Below, in pieces: positions 1 through 8,713 of a DNA stretch of 46,582 bases (within the stretch, counting starts at the first letter, position 1; each line of letters opens with the position of its first letter). The translations under genes were made by a program, and so were the position numbers. This stretch comes from an uncultured Clostridium sp. GTDB lineage: Bacteria; Bacillota; Clostridia; TANB77; CAG-465. The stretch covers positions 1-46,582 of the forward strand of contig CAYZTN010000002.1 of the NCBI GenBank assembly GCA_964481385.1, given 5' to 3'. Under the pieces are notes generated by a model. It was not told the DNA's origin and searched no databases. It saw nothing but the letters and a program-made list of their open reading frames with translations.

Positions 1-54
1 TATTAAATTTTGATTACAGTAATGTTACAAGCCATATCAGCTGTGAATAGTAAC

Positions 55-89
55 TTTTTTGTAAACATTGTAGCATTTTTTGTAAACAT
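55..89 (+). repeat. 14-bp direct repeat TTTTTTGTAAACAT x2 (55-68 and 76-89), 21-bp phasing, immediately upstream of the nuclease-gene promoter
   Basis: Read directly from the sequence. Both copies are identical and start 21 bp apart. Confidence 0.5.
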
Positions 90-93
90 AATA

Positions 94-122
94 TTGACTT
101 TACATAAAATGTGTGTTATAAT
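94..122 (+). promoter_or_regulatory. sigma-A-type promoter TTGACT-17 bp-TATAAT with TGn extended -10
   Basis: TTGACT lies at 94-99 and TATAAT at 117-122, with TG at 114-115. The site is ~50 bp upstream of the ATG at 171. Confidence 0.55.
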
Positions 123-170
123 TTAAAATGTAGTTGGGAATAATTACTATTCAAAGAGAGGAGTATTATT

Positions 171-713
171 ATGTATTACGAAAATAAGAGAACTTTTTAT
201 TTAAAACAGTATGGTCCAGCAATTGTACTTGTGTTTATAGCACTGATACTTATAGGGACTGGTATATATATAGCATTTAAACCGAATTCGAACGATATTA
301 TTGCTAATAACGATCCTTCTGAAATAGTAAACAGCTATGTATTGTCAGATCAAGCATATGAAGGTAAAGTGATATCAACAAATGGTTTAGGTATTACGGT
401 TGAGGCAAATGGTATAACATCTGAAGTATATTTGATTGGAGTAAGACAAAGTAAATACAATCAAGAGCTAAGTAATCAAATATCAAAAGATTTAGTAAAT
501 AAAACGGTGACTGTTGATTTTGATAGTGTTAAGCTAGAAAATGACAAAGTGTATGCTTATATTTATATAGACGGAACTTTGTATAATGAGACATTGCTTG
601 CACAGGGACAAGCGGAGTTAAGACCAGAAAGACAAAATATAAATAAGTTAGATATTTTGCTTGCGGCAGAACTCGAAGCTCAACATAATGGTATTGGTAT
701 TTGGGAATATTAA
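171..713 (+). CDS. membrane-anchored thermonuclease (SNase-like) family protein
   Basis: SD GAGAGGAG sits 8 nt before the ATG. There is an N-terminal TM helix (AIVLVFIALILIGTGIYIAF). The C-terminal part resembles staphylococcal-nuclease-fold proteins (VYLIGV..., YNETLLAQGQAELRPE..., AQHNGIGIW). Confidence 0.55.
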   Translation: MYYENKRTFYLKQYGPAIVLVFIALILIGTGIYIAFKPNSNDIIANNDPSEIVNSYVLSDQAYEGKVISTNGLGITVEANGITSEVYLIGVRQSKYNQELSNQISKDLVNKTVTVDFDSVKLENDKVYAYIYIDGTLYNETLLAQGQAELRPERQNINKLDILLAAELEAQHNGIGIWEY

Positions 714-765
714 ATTTGAATGCTGACTAGAGAAAACTTTAGTTTTCATATATAACCTCTTATAA

Positions 766-799
766 TCGCTTCTATCTCAAAGATAGGGGCGACTTTTTT
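766..799 (+). terminator. rho-independent terminator after the nuclease gene
   Basis: A 12-bp stem pairs TCGCTTCTATCT with AGATAGGGGCGA (two G-U pairs) around loop CAA, followed by CTTTTTT. Confidence 0.65.
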
Positions 800-810
800 G
801 TGTGATTTAC

Positions 811-839
811 TTCACAAAAAAGTTTGTATATGTTATACT
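811..839 (+). promoter_or_regulatory. candidate promoter of the polysaccharide locus, TTCACA-17 bp-TATACT with TGn extended -10
   Basis: TTCACA lies at 811-816, TG at 831-832 and TATACT at 834-839. Confidence 0.45.
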
Positions 840-870
840 ATATATGCAAAAACGAACTGAAAGGATATCA

Positions 871-890
871 AATGAAAGAAAATGAAAGAA
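871..890 (+). repeat. perfect 10-bp tandem duplication AATGAAAGAA x2 covering the start codon of the first Wzy-like gene
   Basis: Units are at 871-880 and 881-890. The duplication creates two ATGs (872 and 882) in different frames. Confidence 0.8.
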
Positions 891-2186
891 AAAATTTCAA
901 AATTATATAAATCTCGCGTAGTAGAAATGATTTTAATATTATTTCCTGTTATAGAGATGATAACTTCAATATTAAGAAGAAATACGGATTTATTTATATC
1001 TCCGGGTATTATTTATAAAGCATTATTTATAATTTATGCATTGGTATATTTAGTTATAATGTCTACTAAGAATAGAAAACATATATGCATACTCATTTCA
1101 ACTGTACTGGCATTTTGTATAATCCATGTATGTGTAATAGGCGTAAATACGATTACTATAAGCAATTTAGCTAAACTTTTAACATTTTTAATTTCGGTTA
1201 TGTTTATATATTATTATACAAAAGATGGAAACAAAGTAGAGATAAAAGCGATTGTATATTGTACCTTGATATATTGCGCACTGGTAAAATTTGCGGAATT
1301 AACTGGGACAAGCCAAGCAACATATAGAGGAGACTTAAGTTTAGGAACAAAAGGGTGGTTCTATTCAGGAAACGAACTAAGTGCAATACTTTCAATAACG
1401 CTTCCTATAACGATTATGTATGTTACCACGAATATAAGTTATGTAGGGATTACAACTTTATTTTTACAAATACATACATTACTCTCAATAGGGACAAAAA
1501 CCTCTTTAGTTTCAACCATATTAATAGAAGTTACATTGTTTATATTAGCTATAATTTGGAGTATAAGAGAAAAAAGCAAAACAAACTATATTCTAGTATG
1601 CATTTTGTTTATATCAACAGTATTTACAATATGTATAATGCCTAACACAGCGTCCTATAAATTCTTTGCTATTCGAATTGAAGAAAATACTAAACCAACA
1701 ACTCCAACGGAAGATAATATTGACGATAGTGAGATTGATGCGGATACGCTAACAGATTTTACCAGCTTAATATTAAATGGAAGACAAGACTTTTTAAAGG
1801 CTCAAAAAGTGTTATATTCCAACACTAACACGTTAGAAAAGTTGTTTGGAACAAAATATGAAAATAGGCTAGGATATATGGATAATGGACAAATTAAAAC
1901 GATCGAAATAGATATATATGACATTATAATAAGCTATGGTATGCTTGGAACAATGTTATTTTATTTTCCTATATTGCTTTGTATATTTTCATACATATTT
2001 GAGTTGAAAAATCAATCTAAAAAGAATACTCATAGTAGTGTATTTTTAATTTTGGTATTAATTATAGCTCTAGGAATTTCTTGCATAGCCGGTCATGTGT
2101 TAACTTCTTCTACAATAGAAATATTTGTCGCATATATAATAGGGGAATTGTTTTTAGAAAACAGGAAGCGAGTGAAGATAGATTAA
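882..2186 (+). CDS. O-antigen polymerase/ligase-like (Wzy/WaaL-type) polytopic membrane protein
   Basis: The 434-aa protein has many predicted TM helices and a large loop with a Wzy_C-like pattern (GTKGWFYSGNELSA, LSIGTKTSL, NGRQDFL). It is a paralog of the N-terminal part of 6513-8228. Confidence 0.6.
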   Translation: MKEKISKLYKSRVVEMILILFPVIEMITSILRRNTDLFISPGIIYKALFIIYALVYLVIMSTKNRKHICILISTVLAFCIIHVCVIGVNTITISNLAKLLTFLISVMFIYYYTKDGNKVEIKAIVYCTLIYCALVKFAELTGTSQATYRGDLSLGTKGWFYSGNELSAILSITLPITIMYVTTNISYVGITTLFLQIHTLLSIGTKTSLVSTILIEVTLFILAIIWSIREKSKTNYILVCILFISTVFTICIMPNTASYKFFAIRIEENTKPTTPTEDNIDDSEIDADTLTDFTSLILNGRQDFLKAQKVLYSNTNTLEKLFGTKYENRLGYMDNGQIKTIEIDIYDIIISYGMLGTMLFYFPILLCIFSYIFELKNQSKKNTHSSVFLILVLIIALGISCIAGHVLTSSTIEIFVAYIIGELFLENRKRVKID

Positions 2187-3731
2187 ATGAAGGATAAAAA
2201 AAGATTGTTTATAAACATAATAGCGACGGTTATGTCTTTTGCAGTTAACATGGGAATAAGCTTTTTCTTAACACCATATGTAGTAAAATATATTGGTGTT
2301 GAGTCAAATGGCTTTGTAGGACTAGCTAATAACTTCGTGTCTTATGCACAGTTATTTACAGTTGCATTAAACTCAATGGCAGGTAGGTTTATAACTATAA
2401 AAATACATCAAGATGATGATGAAGGAGCGAGTAGATATTTTTCTTCAGTTATAATTGCAAATATACTAATTTCAGTGTTATTAACATTAGTTTTTGGTGC
2501 TGTAATTTTATTTATAGACAAGTTGTTTGATGTACCAACGGCACTTATAGGTGACGTAAGGCTTTTATGGGCATTTATATTTGCTAACTTTATATTAAGC
2601 GTCTACACTTCTATATTTAGTACAGCAACGTTTGTAAAAGAAAGACTAGACCTATCTTCAATAGCAAATATAATAGGCTATACACTTCGAGCATTAGTTT
2701 TAATAATATTCTATATTTTAACTAAATCTACGGTTGTATGGTATATGGGGCTTGCGACATTTTGCTCAGGTGCCTGTCTCCTTATAATACACTCTATATT
2801 TAAGAAAAAACTACTACCTAATTTGAAGTTTTCAAAAGATAAGTTTGACTTTAAAGCTATTAAAGAGTTAATTGCTTCAGGTATTTGGAATACTATTACA
2901 AAACTTAGCTCAATATTATCTAGTGGAATGGACTTGCTAATATCTAATATATTTGTTAGTGCAACTGCTATGGGAGTACTATCGCTTACTAAATCTATTC
3001 CAACAAATTTACTAGCTTTCTTTGCTTCAATAGGCTATGTATTTGCACCACAAATAACTATAAACTATGCAAAGAAGGACTATGAAGAAATAAAAAGACA
3101 AGTAATTTATGCTATAAGGTTACTTTCTATGTTTTCAAGTGTAGTTCTTGGAATACTATTTGCATTTGGTAAAGATTTCTATGCTTTATGGCAACCTACA
3201 CAAGATAGTTCAGTGTTATACATCTTAACTATAATATCTTGTCTGCAATATGTATTTTGTATGCCACTAGAACCGTTATATAACATATTTACAGCAACGA
3301 ACAAAATAAAAGCATCATCTATTGCTTTAATTTTGTCTAGCGGTTTAACTGTACTTACCGTTTTTATATCATTAAATTTTGCTACAACAGATATGGCAAA
3401 GCTTATGATTATTGCAGGAACAAGTACAGTTATGGAAATAATAAGGGTGCTAGTATTTTTACCTATGTATGGTGCAAAGTGTATTAAAGCTAAAAAAAGT
3501 ACATTCTATCCAATAATACTAAAAAACACAATATCTTTTCTAGTTATAACTGCAATTGGTTTTGGAATAAAGAGCGTGTACTCTGTAACTGGTTGGGGAA
3601 GTTTATGTATTGCAGCAGTTATTCTTGGAGTTGTAGGGTTAGGAATTAATATGGTCTTTTTATTAAATAAAGAAGATAGAAAAAGATTTTTTACTAAGAT
3701 TAAAAGCAAATTAAAAAAGCAAGGAGCGTAA
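2187..3731 (+). CDS. polysaccharide flippase (Wzx-like, MOP/MATE superfamily)
   Basis: The 514-aa polytopic membrane protein has the typical size and hydrophobicity pattern of Wzx-type transporters. It sits inside a glycosyltransferase cluster, and its ATG directly follows the upstream stop. Confidence 0.6.
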   Translation: MKDKKRLFINIIATVMSFAVNMGISFFLTPYVVKYIGVESNGFVGLANNFVSYAQLFTVALNSMAGRFITIKIHQDDDEGASRYFSSVIIANILISVLLTLVFGAVILFIDKLFDVPTALIGDVRLLWAFIFANFILSVYTSIFSTATFVKERLDLSSIANIIGYTLRALVLIIFYILTKSTVVWYMGLATFCSGACLLIIHSIFKKKLLPNLKFSKDKFDFKAIKELIASGIWNTITKLSSILSSGMDLLISNIFVSATAMGVLSLTKSIPTNLLAFFASIGYVFAPQITINYAKKDYEEIKRQVIYAIRLLSMFSSVVLGILFAFGKDFYALWQPTQDSSVLYILTIISCLQYVFCMPLEPLYNIFTATNKIKASSIALILSSGLTVLTVFISLNFATTDMAKLMIIAGTSTVMEIIRVLVFLPMYGAKCIKAKKSTFYPIILKNTISFLVITAIGFGIKSVYSVTGWGSLCIAAVILGVVGLGINMVFLLNKEDRKRFFTKIKSKLKKQGA

Positions 3732-3735
3732 ATGT

Positions 3736-4542
3736 ATGGGAAATATACCTAAGACAATTCATTATTGTTGGTTTGGCAGAGGACAAATGCCAGAAGATGC
3801 TAAAAAATGTATAGAAAGCTGGAAGAAATATTGTCCAGATTATACAATAAAAGAATGGAACGAAGATAATTTCAATATCACAAGTAATGCATATGTTAAA
3901 GAAGCATATGAGGCAAGAAAATTTGCTTTTGTAACAGACTATGTAAGACTGTATGCTTTGTATACAGAAGGCGGAATATATATGGATACTGATGTTGAAG
4001 TATTAAAACCACTAGATGAATTTTTAAATTGTCACGCATTTTCTAGTTTTGAAAACAACAATTCAATTCCTACTGGGCTTATGGCGTCAGAAAAGGGTGG
4101 AACTTGGGTAAAAAAGCTTCTTGACGAATATACTGATTTACACTTTTTAATGCCAGATGGTTCACTAGATACCACTACTAATGTTGTTCGAATAACTAAT
4201 TTAACAGAGAAAGAATATGGATTAAAAAGAGTATCTTCTTATCAAGATTTAGGAGATGTTACTCTTTATCCACACGAATATTTTTGCCCTAAAGATTGGC
4301 AAACTGGTAAAATAAACCTTACTGAGCACAGTTTTGCTATACACCATTTTAAAGGGTCTTGGCATTCAGAAAAGGAAAAAATAATAACAGAAGAAAGATT
4401 AGCATATGTTAAAAAATACGGTGAAGAAAAAGGAATTGAAAAGTTTAATAAAAGGCAAAGACTAAAAAGAAGAATTGCATATATAATTCATCCTGGAAAG
4501 TTTGCTAGTAAAATTAAACAAAAGTTAAATAAGAATAAATAA
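3736..4542 (+). CDS. glycosyltransferase, GT32-like (Gly_transf_sug, DXD-containing)
   Basis: IPKTIHYCWFG...ESWKKYCPDY..KEWNEDN and FVTDYVRLYALYTEGGIYMDTDVEV match the sugar-binding DXD region of capsule/OCH1-like transferases. SD AAGGAG lies upstream. Confidence 0.65.
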   Translation: MGNIPKTIHYCWFGRGQMPEDAKKCIESWKKYCPDYTIKEWNEDNFNITSNAYVKEAYEARKFAFVTDYVRLYALYTEGGIYMDTDVEVLKPLDEFLNCHAFSSFENNNSIPTGLMASEKGGTWVKKLLDEYTDLHFLMPDGSLDTTTNVVRITNLTEKEYGLKRVSSYQDLGDVTLYPHEYFCPKDWQTGKINLTEHSFAIHHFKGSWHSEKEKIITEERLAYVKKYGEEKGIEKFNKRQRLKRRIAYIIHPGKFASKIKQKLNKNK

Positions 4543-4547
4543 GGAGT

Positions 4548-5486
4548 TTGTGTTTCGTGAAATTTAGTATAATAATACCTGTATACAATACAGAAAAGTA
4601 TTTGAATAAATGTATAGATAGCGTGCTTAATCAGTCATATAGCGATTTCGAAATGATTATAGTAAATGATGGTTCTAAAGATAATTCTCAAAGCATAATA
4701 GACGAATATTTAAAAAATAACGCTAGAATAAAATCATATATAAAAGAAAATGGAGGACTAAGTGACGCTAGAAATTTTGGAGTAACAAAAGCCAATGGCG
4801 AATATCTTTTGTTTTTAGATTCGGACGATTATATTGGTGAAGACTTATTACTTAATTTAAATGATATAATAACAGACGAAGATATTGTAAGATATAATAT
4901 TAGATTAGTAGACGAAAATTATAACGAAATACGCAGAGGTAAAGAGTATGAAACAAAGAAGTATGTTGGTTTTAAAGACCTCTTTAATATTGAATATTTT
5001 CAACCAGTATGTTGTTCGGCATATAGGACTAAGTTTTGGAAAGAACATAATTTTGAGTTTGCTGAAGGACGAATACATGAAGATTTTGGTATGACACCAT
5101 ATGTAGTGTTAGTTGCTTCAAAAAGAACGTTATTAAACTATTATGGATACAATTACTTTCAACGTCCTGGAAGTATAATGAATGGTGGCCAGAATGCTAC
5201 AAAAAGAGCAAATGATATGTTATATCACTTTGATACATTAACAGCTAATATAACTAAACTAAAAGGTATAGATAAGTCAGATAAAGCCTTAGTATTAAGC
5301 TATATTACAAACAATGTAATAAGCATGGTAACTTTTTTGAATGGCAAAGATAAAGCACAATTTATATCTGAATTAGAGAAAAGAAAAGTTGCGAAATATA
5401 TGTTATCAGACACTTTTAATAGGAAGATAAAAAAGATAGTTGCTACTATTTCACTCAAAGCATATATAAAAATTAGATTTAGATAA
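4548..5486 (+). CDS. family 2 glycosyltransferase
   Basis: FSIIIPVYNTEKYL...SVLNQSY.DFEMIIVNDGSKD...LDSDD is the classic GT2 N-terminal signature. The real start may be GTG 4557, 9 nt after AAGGAG. Confidence 0.8.
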   Translation: MCFVKFSIIIPVYNTEKYLNKCIDSVLNQSYSDFEMIIVNDGSKDNSQSIIDEYLKNNARIKSYIKENGGLSDARNFGVTKANGEYLLFLDSDDYIGEDLLLNLNDIITDEDIVRYNIRLVDENYNEIRRGKEYETKKYVGFKDLFNIEYFQPVCCSAYRTKFWKEHNFEFAEGRIHEDFGMTPYVVLVASKRTLLNYYGYNYFQRPGSIMNGGQNATKRANDMLYHFDTLTANITKLKGIDKSDKALVLSYITNNVISMVTFLNGKDKAQFISELEKRKVAKYMLSDTFNRKIKKIVATISLKAYIKIRFR

Positions 5487-5498
5487 TTGGGGGAAAAC

Positions 5499-6494
5499 AT
5501 GCCTAAGGTAAGTATAATTGTTCCTGTGTATAACACAGAAAAATATTTAAAGAAATGCTTAGATAGCTTGCTTAATCAAACACTGGAAGATATAGAAATA
5601 ATAATTGTAAACGATGGCTCAACAGATAATTCACAGGAAGTAATTGACGAGTATACAAAAAAAGATACTAGAGTAAAATCATATGTTAAACAAAATGGCG
5701 GTCAAGGCTCTGCTAGAAATTTAGGACTTGAAAAAGCTACTGGAGAATATATTGGTTACATAGACAGTGACGACTTTATAGATATTCATATGTACGAAGA
5801 TATGTATAACAAGGCTGTCACAGACAATAGTGATATTGTAAATGTTGGCTATTATATTTATTCAGAAACAGGAAATGTAACAAAAGAACAGGTGTTTAAG
5901 AGAGGTGTAACAACAAATATTAGCAATACACCAGAAGTTTTATTCGATAACACTGCAGTTACAAATAAACTATTTAAGGCAAGTCTATTAAAAAACAACG
6001 ATATACAATTTAGAGTTAAAAAATGGTATGAAGATTTTGACTTTGTTATAAAAACAATATGTTTTGCCTCAAATATTTCTGTTATAGAAAAACCGTATTA
6101 TTATTATTTACAACGTACTGGTTCTACTATGAACAATTCAAATATATCTAGAAACCTTGAAATACTAGAAGCAATGGACGAGATAATAGTCTTTTGTAAG
6201 GAACAAGGTATATATGATAAGTTTGCAGAACAGTTAGAGTTTTTGGCAGTACAACATATATACTTACCTACAAATGTACGTATAATACGAGCAAATGTTA
6301 GCTGGGCAGAAAAGATAAAAGTAATAGACAAAATAAACAAATATATGGACGAACATTTCAAGAACTATAAAAACAACAAGTATAACAACGTAATACTTAC
6401 CAAAAAGAAACAAACTATATTAAAAATGATTAAACTTAAAGCATATTGGATAGTATGGTTATGTTTTAAAGTTCGAGATGTTTTTAGAAGATGA
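5499..6494 (+). CDS. family 2 glycosyltransferase
   Basis: VSIIVPVYNTEKYLKKCLDSLLNQTLEDIEIIIVNDGSTDNS...IDSDD. ATG 5499 is preceded by GGGGGAA, and the track start at 5487 is a TTG inside that SD. Confidence 0.8.
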   Translation: MPKVSIIVPVYNTEKYLKKCLDSLLNQTLEDIEIIIVNDGSTDNSQEVIDEYTKKDTRVKSYVKQNGGQGSARNLGLEKATGEYIGYIDSDDFIDIHMYEDMYNKAVTDNSDIVNVGYYIYSETGNVTKEQVFKRGVTTNISNTPEVLFDNTAVTNKLFKASLLKNNDIQFRVKKWYEDFDFVIKTICFASNISVIEKPYYYYLQRTGSTMNNSNISRNLEILEAMDEIIVFCKEQGIYDKFAEQLEFLAVQHIYLPTNVRIIRANVSWAEKIKVIDKINKYMDEHFKNYKNNKYNNVILTKKKQTILKMIKLKAYWIVWLCFKVRDVFRR

Positions 6495-6512
6495 AAATTA
6501 AAGGAGAAGTCA

Positions 6513-8228
6513 ATGAGAAAAATTTTGAATAAACTATATAGCGAGAATGCCTTAAGACTATTACTTATATTATTTCCTTTTGTTGAGTTAGCAAGTATCA
6601 GTATAATAAAATTCAATTTTAGCATAACACCAGTTAAAATATACAAATTGTTTTTACTATTTTACACTGTATTTTATATGATATTTATAGATAAAAAGTC
6701 TAGAAAGCTTTCTTATCCGCTTATAGGTACTCTTGGAATTTATGCTATTTGCAATATTGTTTTTACAGTAGAAAGCGTCAGTATTGCTGATATATATATT
6801 AAAGCTACGGAACTTTGTGGATTTGTAGCTTTTCCAATATATACATTGTTTTTTATAACTTATGTTAAAAATGGAAATAAAATATCTGTTAAAACACTCA
6901 TAACAGTTGCTGCTATATATAGCTTAGTTATATTTATAGCAGATATTACAGGAACAGCTTTTGCAAGCAGATATAATTCAAACTATGGAAAAAAAGGTTG
7001 GTTTTATTCTGTTAATGAAATAGGCGAGTTACTTACTATATTATACCCTATTGTTGTATACAGCCTTATAACAACACCTTCAATAAGCAGAGGCGTAAGT
7101 GTATTTCTTTCTACATATGCTTTGCTTAATATTGGCACAAAAGCGTCACTTTTTGGAGTTGTTGGTACAGTTATATTCTTTGTTATATTTGCCATGTATT
7201 CTAAATTTGTTAGAAAAGTTAATGTGAAGAATATATTGTCAGTGTGTCTAATATTACTTGTAACAATTATACCGTTATTACCGCTTACTCCTACATATAA
7301 GTATATGAAAGCGAGTTACTCTACTTCGGATGAAGACGGACAATTACTATTTTCAGGTAGACAACATAAATTAGAAAGACAGTGGGATAACTACAATAAT
7401 TCCTCTTTAATAAACAAGCTATTTGGAATTAAAGAAAGCTTAAAAGAAGTAGGTGAAGGCGAAAAGTATTTTATAGTAGAACGTGATTTCCACGATACGC
7501 TATTTAATTATGGTATTGTAGGACTTGCAATATATATTGCCGTATTACTTATAGTATTAGTACCTTTTGGTATATACATATTAAAGGATATAAAGAAAAA
7601 CTGCAGTATACATAACTATACATTGATTTTGAGTGCTGGCTTAGTTTTAGTGGCTGCATATATATCTGGTCATACGTTATCCTCTTTAGCCGTATCGCTA
7701 TTTGTTGGTGTAATATTATCTAAAGTATATGCTGCAAATCACAAAATACAGGAAGGTAACTCAAAACAAACTGTTATGTTTATATGTAGCGTAGGTGGAC
7801 ATTTAACTCAAATGTTACAGATTAAAAAGATATTTAATAACTACGATTATGTGTTAATAACCGAAAAAACAGACGTTACTAAGAATATGAAAGAAAAATA
7901 CAACATGAAGTATTTGGTACATGGAACAAGAAAATACATGTTTAAATATCTGTTTATTGAGCTATACAACGTGTTAAAATCTATTGTATACTTCTTTTAC
8001 TATTCACCAGAAGTAATTGTAACTACTGGAACACATACCGCTGTACCAATGTGCTTTATAGCAAAAATCTTTGGTAGAAAAGTTGTGTTTATAGAAAGCT
8101 TTGCAAAACGCACTACTCCAACTAAGTCAGGTAAGTTGGTATATAAAATAGCAGATACATTTGTTGTACAATGGGATAGCTTAAAAGAAGTTTATCCAAA
8201 AGCAGAGGTTTGGGGGTGGATATATTGA
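6513..8228 (+). CDS. fusion protein: Wzy/O-antigen-ligase-like membrane domain plus C-terminal Alg14-like (PssD/Cps14F-type) domain
   Basis: The N-terminal ~410 aa are paralogous to 882-2186 (KKGWFYSVNEIGE, LNIGTKASL, SGRQHKL). The C-terminal ~150 aa read VMFICSVGGHLTQM...VTTGTHTAVPMCFIAKIFGRKVVFIESFAKRTTPTKSGKL...VVQW, which is the Alg14-like signature. Confidence 0.65.
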   Translation: MRKILNKLYSENALRLLLILFPFVELASISIIKFNFSITPVKIYKLFLLFYTVFYMIFIDKKSRKLSYPLIGTLGIYAICNIVFTVESVSIADIYIKATELCGFVAFPIYTLFFITYVKNGNKISVKTLITVAAIYSLVIFIADITGTAFASRYNSNYGKKGWFYSVNEIGELLTILYPIVVYSLITTPSISRGVSVFLSTYALLNIGTKASLFGVVGTVIFFVIFAMYSKFVRKVNVKNILSVCLILLVTIIPLLPLTPTYKYMKASYSTSDEDGQLLFSGRQHKLERQWDNYNNSSLINKLFGIKESLKEVGEGEKYFIVERDFHDTLFNYGIVGLAIYIAVLLIVLVPFGIYILKDIKKNCSIHNYTLILSAGLVLVAAYISGHTLSSLAVSLFVGVILSKVYAANHKIQEGNSKQTVMFICSVGGHLTQMLQIKKIFNNYDYVLITEKTDVTKNMKEKYNMKYLVHGTRKYMFKYLFIELYNVLKSIVYFFYYSPEVIVTTGTHTAVPMCFIAKIFGRKVVFIESFAKRTTPTKSGKLVYKIADTFVVQWDSLKEVYPKAEVWGWIY

Positions 8229-8707
8229 TACTAGTCACACTTGGAACACAGTTTGAGCCTTTTGAGAGATTATTAAAAGAAATAGAAAAATTGGATTTAT
8301 CTGAAGAAGTTATAGTGCAAGCAGGTCATACTAAGTTTGAAAGTAGTAAAATGAAAATATTAGACTTTATACCGTATGAAGAAATGAATGAGCTAGTAGA
8401 CAAAGCACGCATAATTATCACACACGGTGGAACTGGCTCAATAGTAGAGCCACTAAAAAAAGGTAAAGTTATAATAGGATGTGCAAGACTTGAGAAGTAT
8501 GGTGAGCATGTAGATGACCACCAAACAGAGCTTGTATCAATATTTTCTGAGCAAGGATATATATTAGAATTAAAAGATGGAGAGAACTTAAACGAAGTAC
8601 TTAAAAAAGCTGAAAAGTTTGTACCTAAAAAGTATGAAAGTAATACAGATAACTTTATTAAAATGCTACAAACCAGAATTGATGAATATTTGATTAAAGA
8701 GGAGTAA
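8210..8707 (+). CDS. Alg13-like / PssE / Cps14G-type glycosyltransferase catalytic subunit (GT28 C-terminal domain)
   Basis: ILVTLGTQFEPFERLL...ITHGGTGSIVEPLKKGK...GEHVDDHQTEL. The start is uncertain: alternative starts at 8210/8216/8225 overlap the end of the upstream gene. Confidence 0.7.
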   Translation: MGVDILILVTLGTQFEPFERLLKEIEKLDLSEEVIVQAGHTKFESSKMKILDFIPYEEMNELVDKARIIITHGGTGSIVEPLKKGKVIIGCARLEKYGEHVDDHQTELVSIFSEQGYILELKDGENLNEVLKKAEKFVPKKYESNTDNFIKMLQTRIDEYLIKEE

Positions 8708-8713
8708 ATACAA

